This document shows positions 14,183 to 27,817 of a stretch of 64,000 nt of DNA, piece after piece. A program made the translations under genes and the position numbers. Below the pieces are notes generated by a model. It made no database searches. It saw only the letters and a list, made by a program, of their open reading frames with translations, and was not told the origin of the DNA. Every line of letters begins with the position of its first letter. The first letter of the stretch is position 1. Origin of the DNA: Eledone cirrhosa (Eukaryota); NCBI GenBank assembly GCA_964016885.1, contig OZ024740.1, positions 185,380,001-185,444,000 on the forward strand, read 5' to 3'.

Positions 14183-16146
14183 ATGGATACCATACATGAA
14201 AACACAACTGCCACGCCCCCCAGGGAAAGTGATAAAGAGGAACAAGTAACTCAACCTACTGAAGCTTCCTTTCTCTCGCTTTCGCATGCGAGTATGGAAG
14301 CGGATTTGGCGAACAATTGTAACAACTTGGGTAATAACCCAAACAATGGAAACAGTAAATTGAAAGAATGTATAAATTACACTGACACCAACAACACCAA
14401 CACAAATAACAAAGAAAATAACACAAACACACACAAAAGCGAAAACAGCAGCAGCAATGTCAAAGAAAACAACATAAATGTGAACTGAAAACACGAAAAA
14501 ATGGGTGAAAACCTAAAAAAACTGTATCGCAAACAATGACAACCAAAACGCAAACATCCAAGAGAACAAGTACAACAGCAACGAAACAGACACACAAAAA
14601 GACACCACTACACGAATATCCTTTGCCCAGGTCGTTAAGGAGACTGAAACTTTCACCCCAGTTGACATCAGTAATGCAACGGAATTGCTAAAAGAGGGGA
14701 GAAAACAGGTGAGCTTTGGTGAAAACGGTGAATTCACCATAATCTCCCCTAAGGATATTAAAAGTGACACGGTCCTAAGGACAATTAATTTTAGAACTAT
14801 ATCAAATGCGTCGAAAAAACCAGCTCAATTATCGCATAGCGAAATTGAGCTGGTGTTAAAAGACACGTTGAAGGACATGATTTTTATTGAGAGAGGGAAG
14901 TTACATGGGAGTCTGATAATTTTGATGAAGGACCAATTGGTGGCCCCAAAATACTCGGTGTCGCCAATTGTGTCCAAACAGTACACTTTCTTCCCCACCT
15001 ACATGGGGTAGAAAACTAAACAAATAACAATCTCCGGTATACACCCAAATACAAATATGTGGTGGATACTAGGAGGATACTGGACGACGAAGTTGAACTC
15101 CTTGATATAGGCAAAGCCACCAGGGCCACTTTGGCGGTATAGGCATACAGGTTCTGGTTCGAATGAAACCAGAACGTATCGCAAAGATACCCCAAAGAGT
15201 GTTCCTAGAAGACTCCCAATTTATGAACATTGCAGTTGAGGGTAGGCGGCCCGCTTGTTACCTCTGTGGAGGCAGAGGTCACCTGAGGGCTGCATGTCCT
15301 CAACGAACTAAAAAACCTTTACTGCCATCACCTCCAAAAACAACAACACCACCACCAGCACAACAACAACAACAAACACAAGTAAACACAAAACTGAACA
15401 CGCCCCCCCCCAAAAAAAAACAACAACTCCACAAACAAACTTACAATCACCACCACCACCACCCCAAAAAACAACAAACACAACAAGTCAACAAAAGCTG
15501 AACACGGTCCCATCTAACCCCTCCCCACATAAAACAACTCCAACAACATATACCCCTCCCCTCCAACATGGAAGAGGACCCCTTAACGTCAGAAGACGAG
15601 GGGGAACCCTTCCAAAAAATAAAGCGAAAACAAAGAAAACACATGGCACCTGCACAGGGAAAAATAACCCCTCCCCAAAACAAAACAAAAAAATACAGAA
15701 CAAAACGATACACATACTTCACACAGACACAGCGATACACATACTTCAACACAAAAAATATAAAACTTGTAAACAAAATTGAACAAAACCCTTCGGTTTG
15801 CACCGAAGGGCCAAATTTCCCGAGGGACACAAATAACCCCTCTTTAAAAATGATTAAAATAGACATTTATATAGAACTAAAAGACAATTTTCCTGAGGAC
15901 GTGGCCCCACCCTGTGTAAAACCAATGAATCGAGTCCACTTGAAATATATCCCCACCCCCACCCAGACACCCACACCACACCAAACAGCCCAACCCCACC
16001 GCACTCTGATGTCCCCACACCACCACAAACCACCACCCCACCCAACAACACCTCTCCCACCAGATGGAAATTTTGCGGCCTGGTCCCCGGGACGCACAGA
16101 GGTAGGTGCCTCCTTTTTCTCTTTTCCACCAACATGGCTGTATTAA
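14183..16146 (+). pseudogene. Tx1/L1 ORF1 (gag-like, zinc knuckle), disrupted by stops and frameshifts
   Basis: ATG at 14183; N/T-rich N-terminus; CYLCGGRGHLRAAC (CX2CX4HX4C) at 15256-15297; P/Q/K-rich C-terminal region. The true 3' boundary is uncertain. Confidence 0.75.
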
Positions 16147-19100
16147 GAGTGGCTTGTCTAAATGTGCGTGGCCGAGGCTCATATTGGAAGCAAGCAAAAC
16201 TTCTAAATGACCTTAGGTCACGCTGTATAAATGTGATGGTCATTTGCGAGGCCCGGTTCAGCAGCGTGCGCCAGCTAGCCCCCACCTTTGACGACTTTAA
16301 GATGCCCGCATCTCTATGTCAGCCCGGAGTTGGGGGTGGAGTTGTCGTTCGGCTGCCCGGAGGGTCGACTAGTGGTTTTAGACGTTGGCAGTGGTGAAGG
16401 CGGAGCCTTAGGCCTGGCCGCCGCCTACGACCCTTTTGGGTCAGCGCGGCCGGACTTCTTCCAAAGTCTGGAGACTTTTATGGGGACGTCCCACTCCTTG
16501 CTTTTAGTGGGGGACTGGAATAGTATCCTAGATGCACGTTGGGACTAGGTAGGGGCATGTCCCGATAGAGGGGGGTGAAACAGCCTCAAGGAGTTAATCG
16601 GCCGATTTGACCTGGCCGATAGATATCGACTAGATTTTCCGACTGCGCCAACCTGGACTTGGGCAAACCGCAGCGGATCATCTAGGTCGTATCTAGATAT
16701 GGTCCTAGTTAGAAATAAGGATAGGGACCTTTTAAGCTGTCCAGAGATGCTTATGGTTGGCTATTCGGATCACATATTAGTGACCTGCATACTCAACCTT
16801 GATAGAACCCATAGACAGGAACCCGGTTACTAGAAACTGAACTTGTCCTTACCGGCAAGTAAAGTGTACAGGGACCGGATTAGTACTTTATTTAAGGAGC
16901 GGTTGACGGAAGCCATCGTCAACAGCATGTGGTGGGGATCTCTCAAAAGAGAGATTAGAGTAGTTTCAATAGGATTTAGTAAGGAGTTAGCCGCATATAG
17001 AAATAGGAAGGAAAGGGAGTTGGTAGATAGTGTTGAAGAGGCAATTAGAAGCGGCGACGTGGCCTGAATGCTAGCGTCGAGAACGGTCTTGGGCCAGTTC
17101 TTTGACGCGAAGCACGAAGGCTGCGTTGTACGAAGCAAAATACATGCTCTAGGAAACGAGGGGACCAAAGCTGTTAGCTGGGCCCGCGTGACAGAAGCCA
17201 AAAGAGGGATTAAATCCACTATCCGGTCTTTGCGAGACCAGGATGGATGGGTGATCATTGAACCTAAGCAGATGTGTGAGGCCTTTCAAAGGCACTTTTC
17301 CCGATTGTTCGGGAGGGGTGGGGGTCGGATGGGGATGTGGACTTCGGTCCATACCTCGACGGCCTGCCGCGTCTTTCGGACGAGGAGGCGAAGTCCTGCG
17401 AGGGGCCGATTTCAGCTGCTGAAATAGGGGATGTGCTGAGCCAATGCGAAAAACGCAATTCCTCGGTTCTCGATGGTCTTCTATACAAACTATATCTCGG
17501 TATGCCGGACTTGTTCCCCGATCTCATGGAGGTGGTCTACTGCAACTGGCAACAGAACGGGAGAATTCCCTGTTCTGTGACCAAAGGCGTAGTCTCGCTA
17601 GTGAGGAAGGACGAGAACAAGGGGGACGAAATAAGTAATTTCAGGCCCATAATTCTGCTAAATGCAGAGTTAAATATTTTGCCCAAGGTTTTAGCAAAGA
17701 GGTTGGCGCTTGTCGAGGGCAACTTGGTAGGTGATGCGCAGATATGTGCTATCCAGTCCAGGTCAATCCACGACAACCTCCACCTTATGCGATACATCAT
17801 AGAGAAGGTTGGGAACGAACCCGGTTTTGGTGGGTCCCTGATCAACTTGGATCAATCTAAGGCGTTCGATAGGGTCGACCATGGTTACCTGGATGCAGTG
17901 CTAACCGCGGTAGGTTTCAGACCCGTTATTAGGGGCTGGATCACTGCCATGAACAGCAGCCGCATCTGCTCTAGAGTAGGGGTGAACGGCTACCTCTCGG
18001 AGCCGTTCGGAATGACGCGGTCCATCCGACAAGGGTGCCCTCTCTCCTCTCTTCTGTATGTATTGGCCCTCGTGCCACTGATGCGGAAGTTGGATTTGTT
18101 GCAGGGCATCCCTTTGGAACCGGGATTGCGGAAAGCGGTGTCGGCCTACGCCGATGACGTAACAGTAATGGTGTCGACCAACTCGGAAATCGTGGTGATC
18201 GGCACCTTAGTGGAGGAGTACGAAAGGTTTACAGGGGCTAAGCTGAACCCGGACAAGTCGATCGGTTTGCAACTCGGCATGTGGAGGGGAAAACCGATGC
18301 CCTCCGTTAGCGTCGTCGGACGGAGGGTGCGGTGAAATTGCTCGGGGTCTGGTTCGGACCAGACCTCCAGGTGGAGAAGAAGTGGCGTGAGGTAACGAAC
18401 AGGCTGTTTGTACTGACCCAGAAGTGGGCCGAATGCAAACTATCCCTGAAAGGTCGGGCGGAAGTGACGAACACTTATAAAGCGTCCGTCATCTACTACC
18501 GCCTGACCGTCGCGCCTTGCCCAAGGGAAACGCTCACCAAAATGGAGCGGTCACTCTTCCAATTCCTTTGGAAGAAGCGGTCTTCTTTGGTGAGGAGATC
18601 CATCTGCTGTCAAACTCTTCGAAAGGAGGGCTGGGGATGCCATGGCTGCTGATGCGTAAACATGCATTAAGGCTACGGCACCTCCAGGTATTCCTCACCG
18701 GTCAATTTGTGTGGGCCCCGTTTGTGAGACGAAACTTTTCGAGACTCGTCTCACTCACCGAGTTGCAATGCTGGGTCAAGCAAAGACCGAGAAAACAGGG
18801 CGCCTGGCACAACGAGTGTGCCCAGGCGCTCACAGCTCTCTGTCAGGCGGACCCGGCTATCAGTGGAGACCCCACCTCGACATTCTATAGAGGGCTGGTG
18901 AACAGCAAGTGCGACGACGCCCTCGGAGAAGCCCTAAACATGGTGGAAGACGAACTGGCCAGCCTGTTCGGTAGGACATTTAGCCCGGGACCCATGGACA
19001 TCTTCTAGAGATCCCTGACATGGTAGTGCTACCGAGGGGCTCTGCCCATTCGAGAAACGCTCTACAGACACGAGCGCCCGGGTAGGGACCCTTCGAAAAA

Positions 19101-19523
19101 GATCTGTCCCAGATGCGGGCGCGACGACGAAACAGTCGCGCATGCATTGGTACACTTCCCGGGCGTTGCCGATCTGTGGGGCTATGTCGAACGACTACTG
19201 TCACGGGTGGAACCTATCCGGTTGACCACCGAGTCTATTATAACGATCAAGCCGCCTCCCCCATTCAAAAATATAGGAGAAACGGTGTTTCTGTGATTAA
19301 TAGCCATGGTGAAAGAGGTTGTATGGTGGGCGTGTTTGATAGGGCTGAGGTCGGGCACCTTTCTCTCCGGCCAATAACTGGTCCTTTTCTTCCGATATCA
19401 TCATTTCGGAAGAAGGATCAGGATGGAGAGAGAGGTGCTACACCCCAGCCAGTTTTATTAAAGTGGATGAAAGTGGCGAGAATGGCCCGTGTAAATCGGC
19501 CTTCTCTCTATATCAGCCTGTAG
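16134..19523 (+). pseudogene. Tx1/L1 ORF2: apurinic-like endonuclease + reverse transcriptase + C-terminal zinc finger, disrupted
   Basis: MAVLRVACLNVRG start, LLVGDWN, YSDH (APE). NFRPIILLN, LDQSKAFDRV, SIRQGCPLS, YADD at 18147 (RT). KLLGVWFG, KGGLGMP, then a frameshifted CPRC...H zinc finger. Multiple stops and frameshifts. Confidence 0.92.
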
Positions 19524-19745
19524 GTGAAAAAGATGGAAGAACAAGGGTGCACCCTCTCTCTGTGCTCCTGAACACTTTTTTCGGGAGTGTGTGCGACCCC
19601 GCAAAACGCCTCCTCCCTATTGAGGACTTTATTGTTAATTTTATATTTGTTAATTGTTTTATACCTTCTCTTTTGTGTAAACTCCCCACCCCGCTCTCCT
19701 TGTATTTGTTCCCTTCTCTTGTGCCCTCGTGGCAATAAATAAATG

Positions 19746-19794
<49 letters not shown>

Positions 19795-19806
19795 AATCAA
19801 TCAATA

Positions 19807-19851
<45 letters not shown>

Positions 19852-19986
19852 GCCTACATGTCTATTTACTATATGCATGATGATGATGATATATGTGTGT
19901 GTGTGTGTTTCCATTAACATTATTACCACTACCATTATTATTATTACTACTATTATTACTATTATTACTACTATTATTATTACTAC

Positions 19987-20903
19987 CAATCGGGCAATGT
20001 GATCGGCGGAATCTCCACCTCGGCGTTCTATAGAGGATTAGTGGAGGGGAAGAGCGACGACGTACTTGGGGAAATTCTAGGCCTCAACGAAAATCAACTA
20101 GCCAATCTCTTCGGAAGAACTTTCGGGCCGGGGCCTATGGACAACTTCCAGATATCCCTGGCCTGGCAGTGCTACCGAGGAGCCTTGCCAGTTCTGGATA
20201 AACTCTACAGGCATGGTGGTGCCGTCAGCCGGGCATGTCCGAGATGCGCGCAGGGCGACGAAACCGTCCTGCACGCACTCGTCCAGTGTCCGAGCATTGC
20301 TGACTTGTGGGTTTATGTCGAACACCTGCTGTCACGTGTAGGACGGATCCAGCTATCAGCTGAGTCCATCGTGAGGATTGCCCCGCCCTCTTCCTTTAGC
20401 CGGGAAGGGCAGGCAGATTTTATCTGCCTGGTGGCCATGGCGAAAGAGATAGTATGGTGGACACGTTTGAAAGGGCTGAAGACGAGCGCTTACCTCTTCA
20501 GTGATGCCCTGATTGACTTTTTCAAATTTCACTTGAAAAGGAAAATCAGGGTAGAGAGGGAAGTGCTCTCTTCCCAGCATTTTGTTGAAAGATGGGTGAG
20601 AGAAGCAAGAATGGCCCGAGGTAATTGGCCTACTCTGAGTATGTGTCAGTAAATTAAAGGTGGAAAACTGGGAGAGGGCATTTGCCCTGGTGGTCAGAGT
20701 CACTGTGGCCTTTTAATGAGCTTTCTCCACAAATGTCCCTCCGAAGTCTCCCCCCCATTGGGGAATTTTTCATTGTTATTTTTATTACATCGTCTATTTT
20801 GTTTTTTTACACGCAGAAATGCCCATTTGTACCGTCCTGTATTGTCCTGTACTGTCCTTAATGTCTACTTTATGTAAACCCTTGTGGTTAATAAAGAAAG
20901 TAT
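19987..20903 (+). mobile_element. 5'-truncated Tx1/L1 element of a related family inserted in (TAT/TAC)n
   Basis: Homologous to 18850-19520 but with a different 3' UTR. AATAAA at 20890. Candidate 15-bp TSD TATTATTATTACTAC at 19972-19986 and 20904-20918. Confidence 0.88.
19999..20652 (+). pseudogene. Uninterrupted C-terminal 217 codons of Tx1 ORF2 (zinc-finger region)
   Basis: LAWQCYRGALPV...CPRCAQGDETVLHALVQC...IVWWTR; open frame to the stop at 20652. Confidence 0.85.
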
Positions 20904-22720
20904 TATTATTATTACTACTACTATTATTAACATTATTGCTATTATTATTAATTGAACATCTGAAAGATGCCATCGACCTGACAATTATATCGTTAAAAAT
21001 ACACACTTCGGTTAGTTTATATGTTTGACAATGAAACCTGTCTGGATAAATCTGTATATTTTCTGTTTCGTTAAATAATTGAATTAGCTTTTCCACGGCA
21101 GCATGATTTTAATACAAATGAAGACCATTCGTGAGATTATTGTTACACAATTGACTTTTTATCAACGAAGGATTGCCATTTATTTGGTGGAATGTTTACG
21201 TAGCGGTTTACTTCAAATTATAATTTTCCCAGAATCTTTGTAACATATCCTAGGGATAATCAATACTTCATATTGACAATTGTGATATTAAGTTTGTGGT
21301 TGGATCTGCATTGTATTTATGATAATGAGCGAGCAAATATAAAAGTTGGAAAATCTGGAAAATAAAGAAGGAAAAAAATGTGTATTGGGTTTTGTCCCAA
21401 GGTTTTATTGATTTGGACTCAGTACTTAGATGAAGAAAGCTGAATAATATGATGCACTGAATGCTGTGTTTGAAAGGCGTTTATAACAAAGATAGTTTAC
21501 CTATTCTACAATTTAGAGCATCTGTTTTGTGTTACCAGTTACCACCATTAGAAAATAAAATTCTTATCTGTTATACATATCCGTCATGAATATAAAGCTG
21601 TCAGTATCTCATCAAATTATACATCTTTCTGGGCGGCTGGGATCTATGCATTATAACGCTAAACCTATCTGTCAGTGGTTGCACATTTATCGTATTAGCG
21701 TTACTTAATGACTGGTACAAGTTAACGATTCATACAAACGTGTATTTACGCGAGGTTTTGAGTTAAAATAAATAGGATTTTGAACAATTACACTCACTAG
21801 TTGTAAAGGTTATTATCTTTGTTTCTGAATTCGGTGAATGTAGAGATATTCACTTATTTGTTTAGCAACACAACTTTCTTTGATTTGTAGAGAATATATT
21901 CACTAGTTAAGAACCTAAAATAAACTTAACCAAACAGAGTTTTCATATTACATTTTGAGCGGATCCCGTTGCGACACCTCCTCAAGAAATGTTATTTCAG
22001 TTACACCAACAAGACGTAAGCCTACAATTCCACTTATACGTTATTTCGGATGTCTATGTATTAGTCATTGTTCTAAAACGTAGCATAAATTTACAATAGT
22101 TGTAACTATCGTTAGTTTGAAGCACTGCCTTCTCAAAACACACATGCCTTTAGATTGGAAATTGATATAATCCATGTTTCTTTTTATGTAGGTCAGTATA
22201 ACTATACTTTACGTACTCATAGTTTCTTATGCTACTTAAGGATAAAATAATATTATTGATGTTGCAAGTCTTTTCATATATACAGCTGATTCTGGATAGT
22301 TCTTATGTCGCTAATTTAGTATTATGGAACCTGATACAGAGCGCAGTCTATGAAAGGTTACTGATTAATCTGATTAACATTATGCTATCATTTATATGAA
22401 ATGTTGACATCATTATTATATTACTATATATGAAATATATAGTTATGTATGTCTGCATGTGGGTATGTATGCTAATAGTACGTATGTACGTATGTATGTA
22501 TATATATGTAAGTATGCATGTATTTATGTATGTATATATGTATGTATGTATGTATGTAGGTAAGTATCTGTAAACCTTGAATGAAAATCTCTTTTCTTAG
22601 AAGAAATATAATCGCATTTTTAAAGTTTCCATTGTAAGCTTTTATAAACTTATAGCACAAATGATTATATATATTGATTTGTTAAAGCTAAATATTTCGT
22701 ATATATATATATATATATTG

Positions 22721-22775
22721 TTATAACAATATTTGTTTCGACACACGATTTCATATCAAAAACCTCGCAAAACTA
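22721..22775. repeat. Dispersed ~55-bp repeat, second copy at 54950-55006
   Basis: TATAACAATATTTGTTTCGACACACGATTTCATAT.AAAAA.CT.CGCAAAACTA in both places, next to (TA)n. Confidence 0.75.
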
Positions 22776-23109
22776 TATATATATATATTCGAGCGATTAT
22801 TGTTTTCGACACTGCTTTGTTTATTTGAAGTTATGAATGTTGCTTAGTACCAATCTCCAGACGTGATGATTATTTATAAATCAATCGAACACATCTATTT
22901 ATACAATACAGATAGCGTTAGTTTCATTATCAATGTTGTCGCAATACATCAAAAACATCTTTGATTTCACTTGTGGCATCGTTATTGGAATGACGACTCT
23001 TAATTGCTCTAAATTCGTTTCCTTAAGTGTAAAAGGTTAACACACTACTATTATTATATTAGGACATGTAAAAGTCAATACCATAGAAAAACAACAACCA
23101 TCTCATCCA

Positions 23110-23260
23110 GTTAAGACATAGCATTTCGGATACAAAGTTTGGTGGTAATCGTTCGAGTTCCTTGCACTATGAAGTCGAATTTCGTCTAGGTAACCTTTGT
23201 CTTTCTTCCTTTCAAAGTCGATAAAAAAATACAAGTTTAGTACTGGGGTCGATTTCCCCA
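23110..23260 (+). mobile_element. Degenerate major SINE copy
   Basis: CTTTGTCTTTCTTCCTTTCAAAGTCGATAAAA...TACTGGGGTCGATTT. Confidence 0.5.
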
Positions 23261-26121
23261 AAATATCACTTTCTCATTTCCTTTCTCTCTTTTTCTCTCC
23301 TTCTCTGGAAAAATTAGGCTGTGATCAGAAATGAGGAAAAGATAGGCTTGGTCAGGTTGAAATATGCACAAAATGGCTGCATGTCAATATGCCACCATTA
23401 CAACTCCATCAGGAGTTATGGGTTCATAGATAAATAGAACATAGTTTGAGGTACATTATATCTGCAATCACAAATGAAAATATATAACTAGAACGTCTTT
23501 GATAATATGTATGGAAGTTCAAATGACAAAAAGTTCTCTAGAGTTATGTATTGAGTTTAGCTATTTGCATTTTCAGGAACTCCTACGTGAGCTTTATGTA
23601 CGTCAATACAGCTTCTGAACATTCTTGTAATTGCTCAGGTTTGTACTTAAAATTAGATATTAACATTTTAGTTTTGGAAACAGTTATCCCCATTCGTGAT
23701 CTATTCATCGATTTCAATTACTGTCAAAAATCACGGAAACACTCTAACCTCACAGACGTGCTAGCATCTTCCGTACAACGTTTACACTAGTGCCGTCTCT
23801 GCTTCTTGCTGCTATTCGTAACACATATTGTTAAATCACTGAAATATCACCCTGAAAATGACTACCAGGTGTCACGTCGTAAAAGCGTAGACTATCTACA
23901 AATGTTTAAGAGATGCGTAACCGCGTCCATCAGATGGGTTTAGAAGGGCATGCGAAGGTAAACGCATTTTTTACAGACCAGTCTTCAGAAACTGGAGACT
24001 GTTGAAGCATTGAAGTGCTATAGCTTAAAACGATAGGATATATTGATCTTCACGCCACCCGAACCTCACTAGTTAAGACTCTACCATCGTTAAATATTGA
24101 TATTTTAAGTATATATTTATATTATTTCCGAACAAAATGACAGAAACATAAATAACTTTCTTGCATGATTTAATTAAATGTAGTTTAATGAGCTCATAGT
24201 ATGAGATTATTAGAGCTCCGTGAAACATTTAAACAGTCTTTTCAGTGTTTACTCTATGAAACCATTGGCTGTTTATTAAGTAGAATTTTCACTGCCAATA
24301 CTGCAAATGTACCGCTACCATTATACTAGCTACTACTAATAATGATGATAAAATTCCTTGGAAACTAATTATCTGCTTAAGATCGATTAAAATATCAAAA
24401 ATCAGTATTCTGTAACGTAAATCTTCTCTGCAATAAATCCAATTTATTAGAAGCAAGGGATTCAGCTGTTACCAGAATCAAATTAATTTAACCACTAAAG
24501 ATTGTGTAAAGCGAATACTTTGCTAACGCTTGCGTTGCATCATAAATTAGCCAAATACAACTAAGAAGTAATACTATAGGCGTACATATCAGCTACAACT
24601 GTTCTATAAAACAAGATAAAATAACAGATTTCAAAACGCTGGTATTTATTTCAGTTCAACTTTAGACATTATACTACAAATAAAGAATTTCTTTCAGTTA
24701 TAATTAGATTGATAGTATTAATCTCATCTCGCTTGCTTTTTTTTATATTTTATGTCTATTATCTGTTTAATGTTTATGCTTTGTTCAAAAACATTATACG
24801 CACCGTGTAATCCATGAAACGAAAATTGTTTCGGACAAAATAATGAAAAACAAAAATAAATAAAGCATCCTCAACAGACACGTCTGATACACTAGATCAA
24901 TCAGTTCATAAAATTGTAGTATACACAGGGAAATGTATGCTACTTGAAACCTAGCATCACAAAATGTTCATACTATTTATTCCGGAGAACTTTGTATGTT
25001 TATGTTGTCTGGTAAATTGGAATTTTGCATTATATAGTTCTATTAATTTCTTGCATCATAAAATGTTCCACATTGATACTTTGACATGTGATTGAATTTC
25101 ATAGGAAACAGGTGATTGTGCTTCCATAGCGTCAAATCTCTTCTAAATTGTTTAACATCATCGACAGTAACATTTTTATTCAAATTTGAAAACCATCAGT
25201 GGCTAGTACAATGGTGATCACCTTATGCCACGTTTCAGATAATGGTTAATACACTACTTTAATATTATAAATCACTGGTCCAAATAATTCCTTTCATCGT
25301 TTAAGTTATAACCTTAAAATCATCGGTCACCACCGAAATACAAAATAAATTCGCTGATAATCGAAATGAATGGAAGTTTCTCCTTTACCACTTACTTCTC
25401 TACATAGTATTGGTGATTGATCTGATTGTATTTTTGACGGCAATATTATATATATTCAATAAATGAATAAACAAACACAACCTAGTGCGTGATACAGACA
25501 GATAATACAGATTTGTCCTTTTATTGATAGCCGCACTGATTAATCAATAGATTACGTACTGGTAGGATAGTCTCAGAAGCTTACACATGTAATAGATCAC
25601 TAAACGAACCATGTTTTTTTTATACTTTATTATACCAATTTATCATTAAGTAGTAAAGCGATTCTACAATATAATTTTTTTCTTGACACATTACTTCCAC
25701 GTGAGCGTATTCTGTTTTCTTTGTTATAATAAAGAAAATAGAATGCAGTTACTTTATATCGAATTAAATCATTTGCTTTCGTTTTGCAGACAGAAAAAAT
25801 GTTTAAATATTTACAATTTATAAATGAGGTTATGTTACTGGAATGGTTTTGTCTTACATATGCTAGTCTTATTCAATTTGGGTATATAAATAAACTGTAC
25901 TTATTCGCTACACTATCTTCATTCGCAAACACATTCATAAATGTGTCTACTTACTCAAATGCGTATAAAGAGTCATTTCGTAAATGATAGTTTGTAAAGA
26001 AAAGGTAGACACATTTTATTCTCATTTGAAACAGTTTCAGTTTTTTTCAGATTCTAAAGCTCATGAATCAAACAATATCTGTTCAACATATTAGAGATGA
26101 TAGAGCTTAAAGACACACGCA

Positions 26122-26264
<143 letters not shown>

Positions 26265-27486
26265 GAAATATGCATATATACAGATACGCACATGTGAGAA
26301 AACGTGTAAAATAATACGGATTTTGTAAATAAATAATTTGAAACACATGAAACACATGAAATAATGGCTGTAACTTCACATATAAGCGTGTTTGTACTAA
26401 ATGAGTATGAATATTAACACTCGCATTTTAAACATAGTTGGGAAATCTAATTAGTATGAGCGTGCATTTGTGATATTAATAGCTTTGGTTCCAAACGTTC
26501 ACCTTATGAAATACAGGTATTTATAGTGACAAAACAATAACACTTCACGTTACAACAAGCCATGTATGATATAGTTGTATATATTAGTTCGTCACATAAT
26601 TTAAAAAAATTAAATAGAAAGAGAAATGTTTAATTGTTAATTTTATTTTATTGTTTATCTACCATTCAAAGAGCCGATTTATGATTTGAGAGAAAAATTT
26701 GTCTGCAGTTTCTAGGATATACTGGTCGTACTGGAAAATGACTTATGACATCAAGTTAACATAGAGCATTTCAATATTACTTTTCCGATACTCCACTTTT
26801 GTTTGAATGTGCTTCTCTTTAACATTTGACAAAGGCCCGGATACATTCCTACTGAATATGTCATAATTATGTAGACTTTGAAAGGGCAACATCTAAATAG
26901 ATGTAGAACTGTCAGAGTTGCTGGTGGTTAATGTCAAGTGTATAGTGACAATTGGTTTTCTCACTACAACTCAATATACTCGTATATAATTATAGTTTGG
27001 TACGACTCCAAAAGTGTTTTGCATAATTGTTCGTTGTGTTTTGATATTAAAACGCTTCGTTGATTAGCTTGAGTAAATCTTTTCAGCTATTTGATTCAAA
27101 TTATTGATTTTATTCCCCTCTCACTAATTTTTTTTTTTTTTCAAAAGGTATACATTTCTAATGAAAGTTCTTTACAAACTTTGTTGTAGTGTTGTGAATA
27201 TCTGTTTATAAATTCGATACATTATTTTTGCCATTCTATTCCCAATAGAGTCATTTCAAAACATCTTGTTTTCTATTTCGACTACGTGTAGATATGTTTT
27301 ATGATAATATAGTTCATATATTCTTTTCTATATCTTGATAGATTTTTATATTATTTGTTTGAAAGATTTCTGATAGTTCTTTTCAAAACATTCACTGAAT
27401 TTCTAAAATTAGGAATCATATCAGTTATTCATGCTGAACTGTTATTAGCCGAATAGGTAATGTTCGTATTATATCGATTGAAAATA

Positions 27487-27630
27487 GGGCGGTGCATTGG
27501 CTGCATCCGTGGTCTGTTGAATTATATGCTTCGTGGCATAGTTACATCCCATTATATTCTGATTTCAAGTCCTGCCGATGTGAGCTTTACATTTAATCCT
27601 TACGTGGCCGATAAAATAAAGTACCAGTAC
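27487..27630 (+). mobile_element. Degenerate major SINE copy
   Basis: GGCGGTGCATTGGC head, TTCAAGTCCTGCCGA, CCGATAAAATAAAGTACCAGTA. Confidence 0.6.
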
Positions 27631-27765
27631 TTGAGCTAATAAACAAACGTCTATATTGATGTTGTTGATGTCTTTCACCGGATAACTTATAATTGAGAAT
27701 ACCTATGATCAAAAGTATTCCAGGTATAACTGCCATGTCATTTACCCGACGTTTAATTTGCTAAA

Positions 27766-27817
27766 ACCATAACATACAACCATAACATACAAACATAACA
27801 TACAACCATAACATACA
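27766..27817. repeat. Tandem repeat, ~13-bp unit ACCATAACATACA x4
   Basis: Directly visible. Confidence 0.85.

Larger units (their letters stand above)
13991..19746 (+). mobile_element. Full-length, decayed L1/Tx1-clade non-LTR retrotransposon inserted in (TATC)n
   Basis: ~190-bp 5' UTR, gag-like ORF1 with CCHC knuckle, ORF2 with APE + RT + C-terminal zinc finger, 3' UTR with AATAAA at 19734. (CTAT)n lies immediately upstream (to 13990) and (TATC)n immediately downstream (from 19747). Confidence 0.93.

Noticed and set aside
27766-27817. Short direct repeats as a possible CRISPR-like array
   Set aside because: Contiguous 13-bp tandem units without spacers, in a eukaryotic context with no cas genes.
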